Below the pieces are notes generated by a model. It did not search any database. It was given only the letters and a program-made list of their open reading frames with translations, and had not been told where the DNA came from. Both the position numbers and the translations under genes were made by a program. A stretch of DNA of 64,000 bases from Hemiscyllium ocellatum. Its lineage: Eukaryota. The stretch is taken from positions 84,226,484-84,290,483 of the forward strand of contig NC_083408.1 of assembly GCF_020745735.1 (NCBI RefSeq). The letters are read 5' to 3'. Position 1 is the stretch's first letter. Each line of letters starts with the position of its first letter. Positions 1 through 12,033 of the stretch are shown here, piece after piece.

Positions 1-26
1 AGCCATATTGGCCTTGAAATATTGGT

Positions 27-86
27 GGTTTCTGTCTCCACACAGACTGCCAGACCTGCTAAGTTTCTCCAGCACTTTTGTTTTTA
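27..86 (+). mobile_element. PLE terminal fragment, family B-like (3' part only)
   Basis: ctccacacagactgccagacctgctaagtttctccagcac matches the termini at 6605-6700 and 63225-63310. Confidence 0.6.
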
Positions 87-954
87 CTTTATTCTCCAAC
101 ATTCAGAGTACTTTGCTGTTAGTTAATTATAAATTTTGGTTAAATATATCAGCAAGACCAAGCAGTTGGCCAAATTACCTAACTAAATTATCTAGATCTT
201 GACAATTCATAAATTTAAAATCAATGTTCAAGAATTTTTGAATTGCAAACGAATTACTAACTAGTTTATTCATGGCAGCCATTTTGAACTATTTTTGCAA
301 TTTTCTGAGTTTTACCTATTTGCAAGCCACACAAAGTAGGACAATTTAGTTTACACTTGACAGTGATTCGATATCAAAATTACTAAAACTGGGAAAAAAA
401 TCCCTTCTTGCATTTTAGTTTAATATTTGACTTGAATTTACAAATGATATGGTTGATATTTCACTGCCTTCACTTCTAGTTAAGGGGTATTAAGGGCTCA
501 GGTACAACATCAGAGATTCACAGGAATTATCATGGTTCAGAAACAGGTCTATTGTGTCTGTACTGCCTCTCCAAATGAACGTTATAATTTGACGCCATTC
601 TTTTCCCCACAATCCTGCACCTTGTTTCTATTCAGTTTGTCTTCCAATACCTTTTCAATGACTCAATTGAACCTACTTCCACCATGTTAACAGCAGTGCA
701 TTCCAGACCCGAACTACTCACTGTGTGAAAACACTTTTACCTCACATCATGTTTGATTTTTTTTCAAACCACTTTAAATTTGTCCTTCTCAATCTTAATT
801 TTTGTAATGAGTGGGAACAGTTTGTCCCAATCTATTTCTTCCAAACTCCCTGTTATTTTAAAAACTTATATCAAATCTCCTTTCAGACTCCTCTGCAGGA
901 AAAATAGACCCAGCATCTCCAACGTATCATCACATTTGATGCTATAGGGTCAAA

Positions 955-1700
955 TGAACATGCAAATTAGGAGCAAGAGTAGGCCATTAAGCCCGTCAGG
1001 CCTTCTCCACCATCCAATGAAATCGAGGCGAATCTGATTGTAATATCCAAGACGCATTCCATACCATCCCCAACAAATTACCACCTTCTTGCTTAACAAA
1101 AATCTATCTAAGCTGAAAAATGTGTTGCTGGAAAAGTGCAGCAGGTCAGGCAGCATCCAAGGAGCAGGAGAATCAATGTTTCGGGCATAAGCTCTTCTTC
1201 AGAATCTATCTAACTCTACCATAAAAATATTCAAGGATTCTACTTTTATCACCTTTACATGATGAGAAGAGCAAAGACTTACAACCCTCTGAGAGAAACG
1301 AATCAAATGGATGACATCTGTTTTAAATGGATGACATCTGATTTTTAAAAAGAGACCCCAAGTTCTAGATTCTCTCACAAGATTTCTTTTTGACATCCAG
1401 CCCATCAAGATCCCTCAGGGTCGCAAATGTTTCAATCAAATTGCCTCTCAGTTGTCCAAACTCAAGTGGATATGAGCCTAGCCTCACAAGGCAGTCCTCT
1501 CATTTTTTCTCTGAGTGGCATCCAAGCCATTTACATCCTTCTTTAAATAAGGTGACCAATATTGCACACAATTCTCCAGGTGCAGTCTCACCAGTGGTCA
1601 CCCATCTTAACCCCCTTCTTTTGTATTCAATTCCCCTTTCGACACTCTCTTAGCATGCTTTATTGCTTCCTGTACCTGCACAGTAACATTTTCTGGTTCA
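955..1700 (-). mobile_element. CR1 LINE 3' fragment, interrupted by a PLE insert
   Basis: Antisense CR1 3' end (ggagcaagagtaggccatt) and ORF2 C-terminus (ORF 1199-1408: RESRTWG...FSQRVVSL), similar to the CR1 at 61617-62905. Confidence 0.75.
1112..1202 (-). mobile_element. PLE family A single-arm insert with degraded hammerhead
   Basis: TSD AATCTATCTAA at 1101-1111 and 1203-1213; minus strand reads CTGAAGA-AGAGC-TTAT-GCCC-GAAA-CATT. Confidence 0.85.
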
Positions 1701-4697
1701 CGTAGATCTTCATCTCTGAAACAATTCTTGCAAAGCTCTTCTGTGCTTTGTTTATTGCTTTCACATTCATCCAGAACTCAGACACCCATATTGTATATGT
1801 AATCCAACTGATGTCTAACTAGTGTTTTAGACAAGCTCAACCTAATCTCCTTGCACTTGCTGTCTAAGGTCAGTAACCTCACCAACCTTCCTTCAATTCA
1901 AACAATGCTGTCAGTGACTTTGTGGAAGATGCCTACTGCCAAGTACCCAAAGTGCTGCCTATTTCAAGCAATAGGCCCCCTCATATATAGAAATTAAGGT
2001 CTTATGAAATAAAAAAGGACCTAAATATTAATTTGATTAAAGGGCTTTTAAAATTATCTGTGCCCATGCCACTTAACAGAGCTACTATGATCACAAAACA
2101 CTTTTCCTACACATTTAGGCACCCTGCTCTGTGAGATATAAACCTTTGTAAGTGAACAACAGCAGGCTTTATGGAATATAATTATGTACAGAAAATGATA
2201 AAAGAGGACGTAATCTGGAACCTTACAGACTCAGTTTCTAGTTCTACATGTCACAACGACATAACTCCTTTCACATTTCCTTAGCAGCTAAACTTAGCAT
2301 AAAGATAGTGTTCCCTTTACTCTGCACACAGCCTAGTTTTGAGACCTAATTATAGTGAGATGCATTTTGATGCCAGTTTGGCACCATCTGTCAAATTATA
2401 ATAGCCAGCCTCAAAATTGTTAGTGCCAATTGATCTTGAGGGCTGGCCAGTTCTCATAAAAAAAATAGCATTTAGGGTTTAACTGATATGTGGCCCTGAT
2501 TTCCACATTAAAAAGGACCTTTTTCCTGAAGCAGGGATTCACTTTTTATATCTGCAGGTTAACCCATTTCTAAAATAGAATTTGCCACTTGAACAGCATG
2601 AATCGGGCGATAAAGTTACCAACCTCATGACACAGTAGAACCAAACAAGAGCAATGAAAACAGAACCCAAGTTGCTACTGTGTCATGAAAACGTGTATTA
2701 TGTCAAAATGATTTTTGACAACAGCTGAAATCCTCTAAGTAATTTTCTTTTAACATAAGAAGCAGCTGAGACACCAATGGAACAAGATCCAGAATAGGTT
2801 CATTCTTTTCTCTCGCTCCCTCTCCACCAAGATTACAACACTTTGAAAACTATCTGCCAATTGTGACTGCGTCCAACGTCGTTACACACAGCTCTTTGAA
2901 AGAAATCAACTTAACATGATTGTCTCCAGAAGAACGGATAAATGGTTCTTCTGCATCTTTAAATTGCTTTGACATGAAAAGCATCAGGATAACTGATGTA
3001 GTGGCCATTGAATTAAGCCTGAAGCCAGCCTTCAGAAACTATATAGCCCTTTAACTTGACTGGACTTTTACCTTGCTTAATTGATACTCTCAACGCTACA
3101 ATCTATTTGCTTTTTAGAGAACTTCCAAGTATGACCATGTATGAGAAAGTCAGAATGGTATTTTGTTATTGTATTTAGGCCTGTTTAAGTACGATAATAG
3201 ATATGTTTTCTCTCTTAAAAACAGACTTACTGTGCCTTTTATATAATCACAGCAGAAAGGCAGTTAAACACACACTGAATTGGCAAGAGAAATCCAATTG
3301 ACTCTTTTCCCATGATCATAACAACTGCCTTCTGATTGAACAACAAACTACTATTCCATAAAAAGCAAAAGCTCTACACCACAAGATTAAAAATCTTGTG
3401 GCCTTTCCCTCACAGATGATTCTCTAAGAGATTGTGAATTTTCTGAAGATTAAAGTTCTACGGATGAGACATTGCTATCTCCCTTAAGGGATAAACGTCC
3501 AATTTAAATCATGAAAAATTCTATTATTTTAGCTTTAGGCAATGAAAGAAAATAACACCCTGGAGATCTCTTTGAACATTACAGATTTTATTTTGCAGAA
3601 AAAGGAAAAATTTTGCATTTGAATAAACTTTTGAGATCTATAGTCTTACGATGTTTTTGAAAAGCCTTAGGTAGAGACTTTGTATTTTGCAGTTCAAACA
3701 CACTAGGCTCTTGTTCATTCTTAATGAGTGGTGTGATTATTTGCAAATGCCTGAACAAGTATAAGGCAAGTATAGGTGCTTTCACAAACTAAATCAAAAT
3801 ATTTGCGATCTAGAGCAATGGGATACATTGTAAAGCAAACACTAATGAGTCTGTGTTTCCACATAATTAGCCTAATCAGAGAATGGTAACCTCACTTAAA
3901 GGTCTGCACATGGAGAAAGTGAGAAAGAGGTCTATAGTGACCAGACAATTTTCAAATATTCTGACTGCTTTTGATATCAGGAGACTGCATCTAAAGACCT
4001 CATAACTTCAATATTGTGTTTATAGCATCAAACAAATATTCAATTCAGAATCTTTTGCAAGAAATGATTGAATGCTACTGAGCTTTATATAATCTTTTAC
4101 TGCTCCCAGGAGCTGGAAACAGGCAGGCAAGAGGCCGAAAATCAGGTTCCTGATGGCAAGTTAAATGTTTGCAATTAAAAGCAGGTCTCGGGTAGCCCTT
4201 TTACACATCAAGCATGTTCATTATAAAGACAGCTCACCAGAACAGAGTTCCTCCTCCCAATTATATTCTTCTGGGGTGAGCACGCCTTTAGATTTCCAAC
4301 TGCCTATAGAAACAGACAACAGGAGAGATACTGTACTAGCTGGCATTTGTAATGAGTAGCCACTGCATTGTCCTCTTCAGGCAGAGTTCATCTATGCCAT
4401 ATCATGATGGAGATCAAGTGTCAATAGTACTACATAGCACAGGGCACAGAGGATGCCGAGGGAGAGATGTTGTACTGTAATGGGACCCGGTCAGGGAGGC
4501 TAACCATGGGTGAACATGAGGCAAGCTGACTGGAAAGGTTAGAAGGACCAGACTGTTCAGCTGCAGGCATCCATCCTGTCAGCCCCAATGATGTCCCTGG
4601 CTCCCAGAGAATGATCGGGAATGACCGGCTGTCCAGCTCCTTTGTCATTACTGCACCAGGAACTCTGACCCCAAAAAGTACCAATTTCTTTTTGAGA

Positions 4698-4752
4698 CGG
4701 GGGGGGGGGGGGGGCGAAGTGGGGGGGGTGGCAAGTGAGGGGGGGAGTGGGG
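4698..4752 (+). repeat. G-rich tract with G-quadruplex potential
   Basis: Four long G runs (about 17, 8, 7 and 4 G) separated by short spacers. Confidence 0.7.
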
Positions 4753-6354
4753 AACATCATTTCTACCCCAGCATATGATTCGCCAAGCTGCTCGTGCATC
4801 CATATTTAACACGTTGAATGATCAGATGAGAAAAGCCAACCCACTTAACCCCCTCAGCGCCCGCACTGCCAAGCAGCAGTCACACACTCTTCTACACCTA
4901 ATGCCAAACTTAGATTCTATAATGACCAATTCCATCCATGAAAAATTTAATTTCACTTGTAAATTTTTCATTTTATGTTGGTTTCACTTCTATGCATCAC
5001 CATTTTTTGTTATGACTGGCTTAGTTATAGACCTAAATAGATTGACATACAATCTTCTTTCTAAACTACATGACTTCAACAGTCTGCACAAACAAAAGAA
5101 TGTAAGCGGGTATAAAACTAAAAGCTGATACACCTCATGGTTTGCATGCATTAATCGTTACAGAGGAGTTAGGGGCATGTCCTATGTTGTTGGAGAAACA
5201 ATGTTTTGTTTTGTTCAGTCTTCAGTGAATGTCATGTTAGTGTGCAGTGTTGCACTCTCCACTTTTCAGGACACTTATATGCCGTTGACCCTCCCTTTTT
5301 GTGCATTATTAAATAGATTATCCAATGACAGTCTAAATGGAAAGAATTTTAGCTGAACTCAAAAGCCCTGTAAGGACTTAACAGCCAACATCCTAAGATC
5401 AACCCACAGTACTGACTCTGCCCTTTAGGCACTTTATTTTGTTAGCTGGACAGACTGTACCCACCATCCCTACCCCATTAGGCTGTTCCCTCTTCTCAAA
5501 CCCCTTGACCCTTTACCACACCCCTTCCACTGGTGAATCAAGCTTGCCAGTTCAGAATCTCCATTCAAGCTGCCATTAGCCTGATCCCTTTTCTCATTGA
5601 TAAGGTAAGCTACTGACCTGATACACAACTAAACAAAGCTGATCAATGCATGTTACATAAGGTAACTAGGACCTGAAAGGATTAGCTGACATCACGAGAT
5701 AACCTCCAGTCACCATGATATAAAGATGATTCTTGGCTGAAGCTAACTAGTTTCCAGGGTGTGCTCGAGTGGTTGTTCTTGGTGTTAACAGAATTTAGCT
5801 AAATTTCTGTATTTACTCTTAGGTTGAGCTTAATGTCTCACAAGAGACAATTATGTATCGTAGATGAAATATAGCAAGCTATTAAGTCATAAATCTATTT
5901 ATCATTCATCAGGATCGGGTCAGTACCCTAGACTAATACCAGCAAGAATGATTGGAATCAACAGAACCATCCAAGATATTCAACATTGTAAAAAGTGAAG
6001 GACTTGTCCAGTTATAAGAGTGATCACCACTTTTACTCAAACGTGAGTCAAGATTCTCATGGGCCACTAACTGTATTTTGAATTTAAATAAAAACATTTC
6101 ATGCCATTGAGTATTCCTGGAATGTAATGTGAAGTAAACACATTGCTGACTTTGTCATATGTTTCAACCCACTATCAGGCAATGAAGATTTCATATCCCA
6201 CTTAATTAAAGCATCCCAAACATCACAATTCACATCCTTACAGAATCTGTAAAATCACATTCTCCCAAATACTACCCCGTATGTACTGACCTTCAGTGTA
6301 AAACATTAGAAGAACCAACAAAGATTTAGTCTAGAGTCTTCCACTTCAGTACCA

Positions 6355-6428
6355 AGAGTGTGGTGCTGGAAAAGCACAGCAGGTCAGGCAGCATCCGAGG
6401 AGCAGAAAAATCAAAATTTCGGGCTGAG
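6355..6428 (-). mobile_element. PLE family A single-arm fragment
   Basis: gtgtggtgctggaaaagcacagcaggtcaggcagcatcc...tttcggg, same family as 7520-7723. Confidence 0.8.
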
Positions 6429-6602
6429 CTATAATTATTTTCATGATCTAACAGTGAGAAAAATGTTGTGGCTGGGGACAGCAGACTCAAAACTTCCTAA
6501 CTTCTTGGTTTTAGTTTCAGCTGAAGAAATTACAGAATGTTTCAAACTGAGAGAAATGAATAAAAACCGAAAGAACTCGATTGACCCTTCCTCCGATTCC
6601 CA

Positions 6603-6700
6603 TTCTGATAAGGGTCAATCAACCTGAAACGTTAACTCTGAATTCACTCCACAGATGCTCCCACACCTGCTGAGCTTTTCTAGCAATTTCTATTTTTGTC
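6603..6700 (+). mobile_element. PLE family B terminal fragment with degraded hammerhead
   Basis: ttCTGATAAGGGTCAATCAACCTGAAACGTTAAC then ccacagatgctcccacacctgctgagcttttc; homologous to 63116-63310. Confidence 0.75.
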
Positions 6701-7519
6701 TCTGAAAGAAATGAATGTTAGCCCAATGTTGGCTTTATTAGAGCAAAAAAATTGATCTTCCACAGAGAGAAACCCTCTCTTGAACCCTTTTATTTGACTC
6801 AGCAGAATTAATTATTGATAATAACATTGATAATTATTGAGAATAACATTGAGTCTTTTGAAATATTGATTGCCTGTAAAATGTACTAACAGACAGAAAT
6901 AGAACGTATTTGTTACCACATTGCTACAGAGAAGTACAGGATCAAGAGGAGTCAACTCAGTGCTTCAAGTCTGTTCCTCCATACAATAAGATCCAGGTTC
7001 TTCTGTATCTTAAGTCCATCCTTCCATGCAGGTTCCAATTGTTTTTGTCTAGCAAAAATCTAAAAAATCTCAATTTTAGTTGCATTAGTTGACATCGCAT
7101 TCACTGCTTTTTCTGGAAAACTGTTCCGTACTGTTCCGTTAATTGAGCAAAGAAGTCAACTTCTCTTCTAAATGACCTTGCTCTGATTTGAAGGTTACAT
7201 CACATTGTCGTAGAGTCACTGAACATCAGAAAGATACAAGGCTGCTGTTGTGTACATTATTGGTTGTGCACATGAATCTCCAAACCTCTTTAAATCTCCA
7301 AAATTCCTGCAGTTTTGCTATTTAACACTGGTATCGGTTATTGTTATTGTCAAAAATTTATTACCTCAGACTTACCTGTCATTAAAATCAATCATTTTAA
7401 TAAATGGTTACCCACTCAATTAATCTATCATTGTCTCTTTGTTACCTTATGCCCCCATCTACCCTACTTACTATGTACTAATCTTGATATTATCAGTAAA
7501 CATGCCTTTCTATTCTGTT

Positions 7520-7723
7520 GGGAAAATGAGGGCTACAGATGCTGGAGTATCAGAGCTGAAAATGTGTTGCTGGAAAAGCACAGCAGGTCAGGCAGCATCC
7601 AAGGAACAGGAAATTCGACGTTTCGGGAATTCCTGATGAAGGGCTTATGCCCGAAACGTCAAATTTCCTGTTCCTTGGATGCTGCCTGACCTGCTGCGCT
7701 TTTCCAGCAACACATTTTCAGCT
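7520..7723. mobile_element. PLE family A fold-back mini-element
   Basis: About 75-bp inverted arms (7552-7626 / 7650-7725), one-sided tail of about 30 nt, 14-bp TSD CTTTCTATTCTGTT at 7506-7519 and 7724-7737. Confidence 0.9.
7628..7664 (+). ncRNA. Minimal type-I hammerhead ribozyme motif (family A)
   Basis: ATTC-CTGATGA-A-GGGC-TTAT-GCCC-GAAA-CG-TC-aAAT: intact catalytic core, one stem I mismatch. Confidence 0.75.
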
Positions 7724-7775
7724 CTTTCTATTCTGTTACTTAAGTCAACATTAAATATGTTAAATAGCTGAAGAG

Positions 7776-7897
7776 AAAGGGTAAATGTAGGGGAATGGGT
7801 CTGGGTGGGTTGTGCTTCAGCGGGTCGGTGTGGACTTGTTGGGCCGAAGGGCCTGTTTCCACACTGTAAGTAATCTACTATCTAATCTATCTATCTA
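7776..7897 (+). mobile_element. HE1-type SINE 3' fragment
   Basis: gggtcggtgtggacttgttgggccgaagggcctgtttccacactgta plus an (atct)n tail; matches the 3' half of 29742-30020. Confidence 0.75.
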
Positions 7898-7999
7898 TCC
7901 ATCAGCATTATACCACTTATGAATTCGTTCTAACTTGAATACAATACTATTAATATGCTTCACCATCTCCTTGATTTTCTTTTTCTAATTAACCTGTTC

Positions 8000-8092
8000 A
8001 GACATGTTATTACACACTTCTGGACCAAGTAGAACTTGAGGATAGGCCTCCTGGCTCAGAGCCAGGACACTACCACTGACCCACAGGAGCAT
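8000..8092 (-). mobile_element. Short tRNA-derived SINE
   Basis: Minus strand gctcctgtgggtcagtggtagtgtcc...ctcaagttc (A/B-box-like); related copies at about 28980, 49125-49533 and 61172-61265. Confidence 0.6.
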
Positions 8093-8169
8093 TTACACAC
8101 CATCTTCTCCTAATCCATCAACAACTTATGCTTCAATGCAAGACGTATAACACGTAAAACAGATTAATT

Positions 8170-9447
8170 TAGAGCCTGGGTTAATGCAAGCAATTCTGAT
8201 GTTTGTGCTATCACAGATGCATGGTTGAAAGAGCAGCAGGATTGGCAATTGAATGATCCAGGATATTGATGTTGTAGACAAGATAGAGAAGGAGGCAAAG
8301 AAGGTGAGAGATTTGCATTTTTGGTTCAGGAGCATGTCACAGCTGTGTGGAGGCAGGACACCCTGGAGGGATCTTACACCAATACACTATGAGTACAGCT
8401 CAGGAATAGGAAGAGCATAATCACAGTTCTGGAATTGTACTACAGACCTCCCAGCTGCCAGTGAGAGATAAAAGAAGAGATATGTAGTCAAACTCTAGAA
8501 ACATGTGAAAGTAACAGGGTTGTGTGGTGGGTGATTTTAACTTCTCCCATTTTATTGGGACTCCCTTACTGCAAGGGTTTGGATGGGGGCAATTTGTTAA
8601 GTGTGTCTAGGAAGGTTTTTTTAGTTTCAGTGGAGGACCATTTTGGGAATAGTATCCATAATTTCATAGTTTTCAGGTACTTTAGGATAAGGACAATAGT
8701 AAATGTTGGATAGTGGTGTTAAATTAGGGGAAGCCAACAATAAACAAATTAGACAAGAACTGAAGAATGTGGATTGGGAGTGGCTGTTTGAGAGTTTATC
8801 ACATCTGACATGTGAGAGTCTCTTGAGGAACTGTTGATTAAAGTGCTGCACAGGCATGTTCCTATGAAGATGATGGACAGGAATGGTAGGATTCAGGAGC
8901 TTTGGATGACAGGGAAAATTATCAGCTTAGTCAAAAAAAGGAAGCATACCTAAGGACCAGACAACTAAAAACAGATGAAGTCTTTGAAGAATATAGAGAA
9001 AGTTGAAGGAACTCAATGGGTAGCTAGGAGGGCTGAAAGGGCCTCTGAAATGTCTTTGGTCAGCAGAGTTAAGGAAATCCCAAGGCATTTTATACATATG
9101 TTAGGCACAAGAAGGTAGCTTGGGAAAGAATAGGCCCACTCAAGGATAAAGGAGGGAGGTTATGTGTGGAGCCTAAGAAAATGGGACAGATCCTTAATGA
9201 GTGCTTTATATCCATATTCACCAAAAAGAGGTACATGAGAAGTGTTAAATTTAAATGGAAGTGGTGGAAGCAGGATGTTAGCAACATTTAAAGTGTATTT
9301 TGATAGGTACGTGAACATGAAGCGAACAGAGAGATAGCTATCATGCATGGGTAGGAAATAGCGAGTCAAAATAAAGATTAGAAATTGGCGCAGGTTTAAT
9401 GGGCTAAAGGGCCTATTCCTGTGTTGTGTTGTATTGTATTATATGTT
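8170..9447 (+). mobile_element. CR1 LINE remnant (APE endonuclease region, internal deletion, 3' end)
   Basis: YYRPP and VGDFNF-type motifs at about 8440 and 8530; KENPK/RIGPLKD linker collinear with 35.3-36.4 kb; CR1 3' tail at about 9400-9447. Confidence 0.8.
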
Positions 9448-10318
9448 ATACAACTTAATACACCTTCACCTTGCTGTTTCAACAAACATAGAACCTTATT
9501 TAATGTCTTCTGGAAGCTTATCTCAGCTACCTCCAGGGCATTTCCCTGCCAGCACTTCAGTAATTTCCTGGAAAATTATGTTAGGTTAATTAGTCATGGC
9601 CTATATTTTTCAAATCAATAGTGGTTCTCTCTAATCAGGTCAAATTTTTCCAGTATATAATCATCTTGAGTGAAACCTTCTTGGGGCCTGAACTATGTGG
9701 ACTATGGTGAAAAATCTGGGAGAATCATGTGAGAACTCCAGTGAGGCATTTCTCAATGTCAGGAACGGTCAGTTTCATTCTTCAACAGAGATCCAGGCAA
9801 TGAGACAAAATTCCCATGAGGCAATAGCGAGATCTCTGTTAAGGGATCAGTGCTTGTTGTCAGCCTAATTAACTACACATCTCATTAACATGCAGTCTCC
9901 TATCCAACCACTCACTGCAAGGAAACACTGAGATTGCCTGACGTGAATGTCTGAGCAGGTACCTGGTGAGTCCAGTTTACCACTTGCTTTTCCAGACTGC
10001 CGTCTTGGACATCCAGCACCAACATCTCAGGGAACACTCCATGGGAACAGCCATGCGAACCTTATGTTTACAGATGCCGGCACACGAAACGTGTCATTGA
10101 TATACTTACACCATAGTTTGCCAATGTTTGGAGTGCACTGGGCGACTGTATCTGCAATGCTGCTGCAATGATCCTTTATGCAGAAGGACCAACATCCAGC
10201 TCACAAATTGGACCGGATGGCATCTAAGGGCTGCTTACTTGCTGACTGTCACACAGTAACTCCACCAAGGCTCAAAGAACTGCGTTATTGCATTGTAGTT
10301 TTTAACACTGGTATAATT

Positions 10319-10392
10319 CAGCAACATATCCTTATCCTTCATTGCTGACTGGTTATTAACAGTCAGCAATGAAGGATATGGATATGTTGCTG
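10319..10392. repeat. Near-perfect 33-bp inverted repeat with 8-nt loop
   Basis: CAGCAACATATCCTTATCCTTCATTGCTGACTG-gttattaa-CAGTCAGCAATGAAGGATATGGATATGTTGCTG, 1 mismatch. Confidence 0.95.
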
Positions 10393-10399
10393 CAAGACA

Positions 10400-10737
10400 T
10401 TCCAAGTCAGGATAGCGTGTGGCTTGGAGGGGAAAGAGCAGATGGCGATTTTCCCATGTATCTGCTGTCCTTCTACTTAGAAGTAGTCATCTGTTTAGGA
10501 AGCACTGTGTAAGGACACTTGGTGAATTTCTGCATTGCACCTTGTAGATAGTACACACTGATGCTACTGAGAGTGGTAGAGGAAGTGGATACTTGTGAAT
10601 AAAGTGGACTGTTTTGTGCTGGATTCTGTCAAGTTTTTTGAGTGCCTTTTCTTGACCTGCACTCATCCATCACACTCCTAACGTATGCTTTATAGTTGGT
10701 GGACAGGCTTTGGAGAGTGAAGAGAGGAGTTCCCAGT
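10400..10737 (-). mobile_element. LINE 3'-region fragment (L2/CR1 group)
   Basis: Aligns with 63530-63860 (same strand) and 56776-57215 (opposite strand). Confidence 0.7.
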
Positions 10738-10889
10738 CATTCTGCCTCACTATACAAAAAGATTCCACCTTACTTCTCTGCTCCATCTCAAACCCAAAAG
10801 CTCAAATCTAATTTAAAGAGGGATACAGACACTACACACTGTGAGTCTAGTCAATAAACTAAGAGATGAACTAATGTACCTCTGTGGTG

Positions 10890-10953
10890 TCCGAAAGCTT
10901 GTGATTTCAAATCGGACTATAACCTGGTGTCATGGGATATCTGACTGTGTCCA
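10890..10953 (+). mobile_element. PLE family C terminal remnant
   Basis: ccGAAAGCTTgtg...ggactataacctggtgtc; reverse complement of the caccaggttatagtcc segment at about 28478. Confidence 0.55.
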
Positions 10954-12033
10954 TATTTCAGTTACAGGTAAAATTCGGACTCTGGTTCTTTCCATTGTTT
11001 GCAAAGGAGCGACACCAGCGCATGCTGACAAATCAATGTTTTACTTTCACGCCTGGTTACCAACAGAAAGAAGTGCCAGTCTCAAGTTACATATATGAAA
11101 TAATTGCTGATGGCTTATTATATGATCAAGTTTAAATACAGAGGTTTCAATGGAATATAATGTGCTAAATGTTTTGGGCATTTGCCTGTGCTTCAACTGG
11201 ATTACGAGAAAATTAGGTTCTGATTCACTGACAGCTTCTGCAGAATCCATTGTCACTGATTGACACGTCTTGGGGAAGCTTATTTATGAATGCAATTTAT
11301 TCATAAATGAAAGCAGTCTGAATGATAGAAAGCTAGACTAACAAAAAGTGTCAGAATGACATTATCTAAATTAGACTTAGATCTACACGGTATAACAGTG
11401 GCATCTCCTGTTCCAGCTTCATTAGAAATTAATGAACTTTATTCCAAAAATAGAAAATGCTGTCATCTACTTGCTATTTAGCATTGCTGCCATGTGTAAT
11501 TCATAAGGTTTAGAATCTGAAATATTCATTATAAAGTGGTTTTGAAAAGTGTTGAAACCACTTTGCACAGGTATATTTATTGGTTTTGGTTTTTCTGTTA
11601 CTTTGCCCGTCAATTTTTTTTGTGTGCAAGCAGTCCTGGATGTAATATATTACATGTCAATTGACCTATTCCTTATATGTTTCCTCACTAATGGCTTCCA
11701 AAGCCTTGGAGACAAGATGATATAAGTATAGGAAATGGCTGCAGTTGTACTGGTTTACAATCTTCAGCATCATATAATTCAGTTCCGTTGATCACACATT
11801 GTCGTGTGTTGCCAACTCCAATAGCTGCATTGAAGACAGGATGCTATGAACTCAATATCCATGTGCTAATGTTGAAATGTATTTGATGAAATATGCATTG
11901 TTGTCCAATGTACATCACAAACCTTTCAATTTTTCTAATGAAATGGCTACAATAATTTGAGAAAGCACAAGTTTCGAGAGTTGCGCAAAAGGAAAATGAT
12001 CTGTTGATACAACACGAAATGCCTTGTGCAGTT

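Noticed and set aside
6358-6627. Recurrent peptide MCCWKSTAGQAAS / VLLEKHSRSGSI in many short ORFs, suggesting a small protein family
   Set aside because: It is the translation of the non-coding family A PLE terminus in assorted frames and strands, running into unrelated flanks
11285-11311. Small inverted repeat atttatgaat...attcataaat
   Set aside because: 10-bp AT-rich arms are plausible by chance in 64 kb of AT-rich DNA
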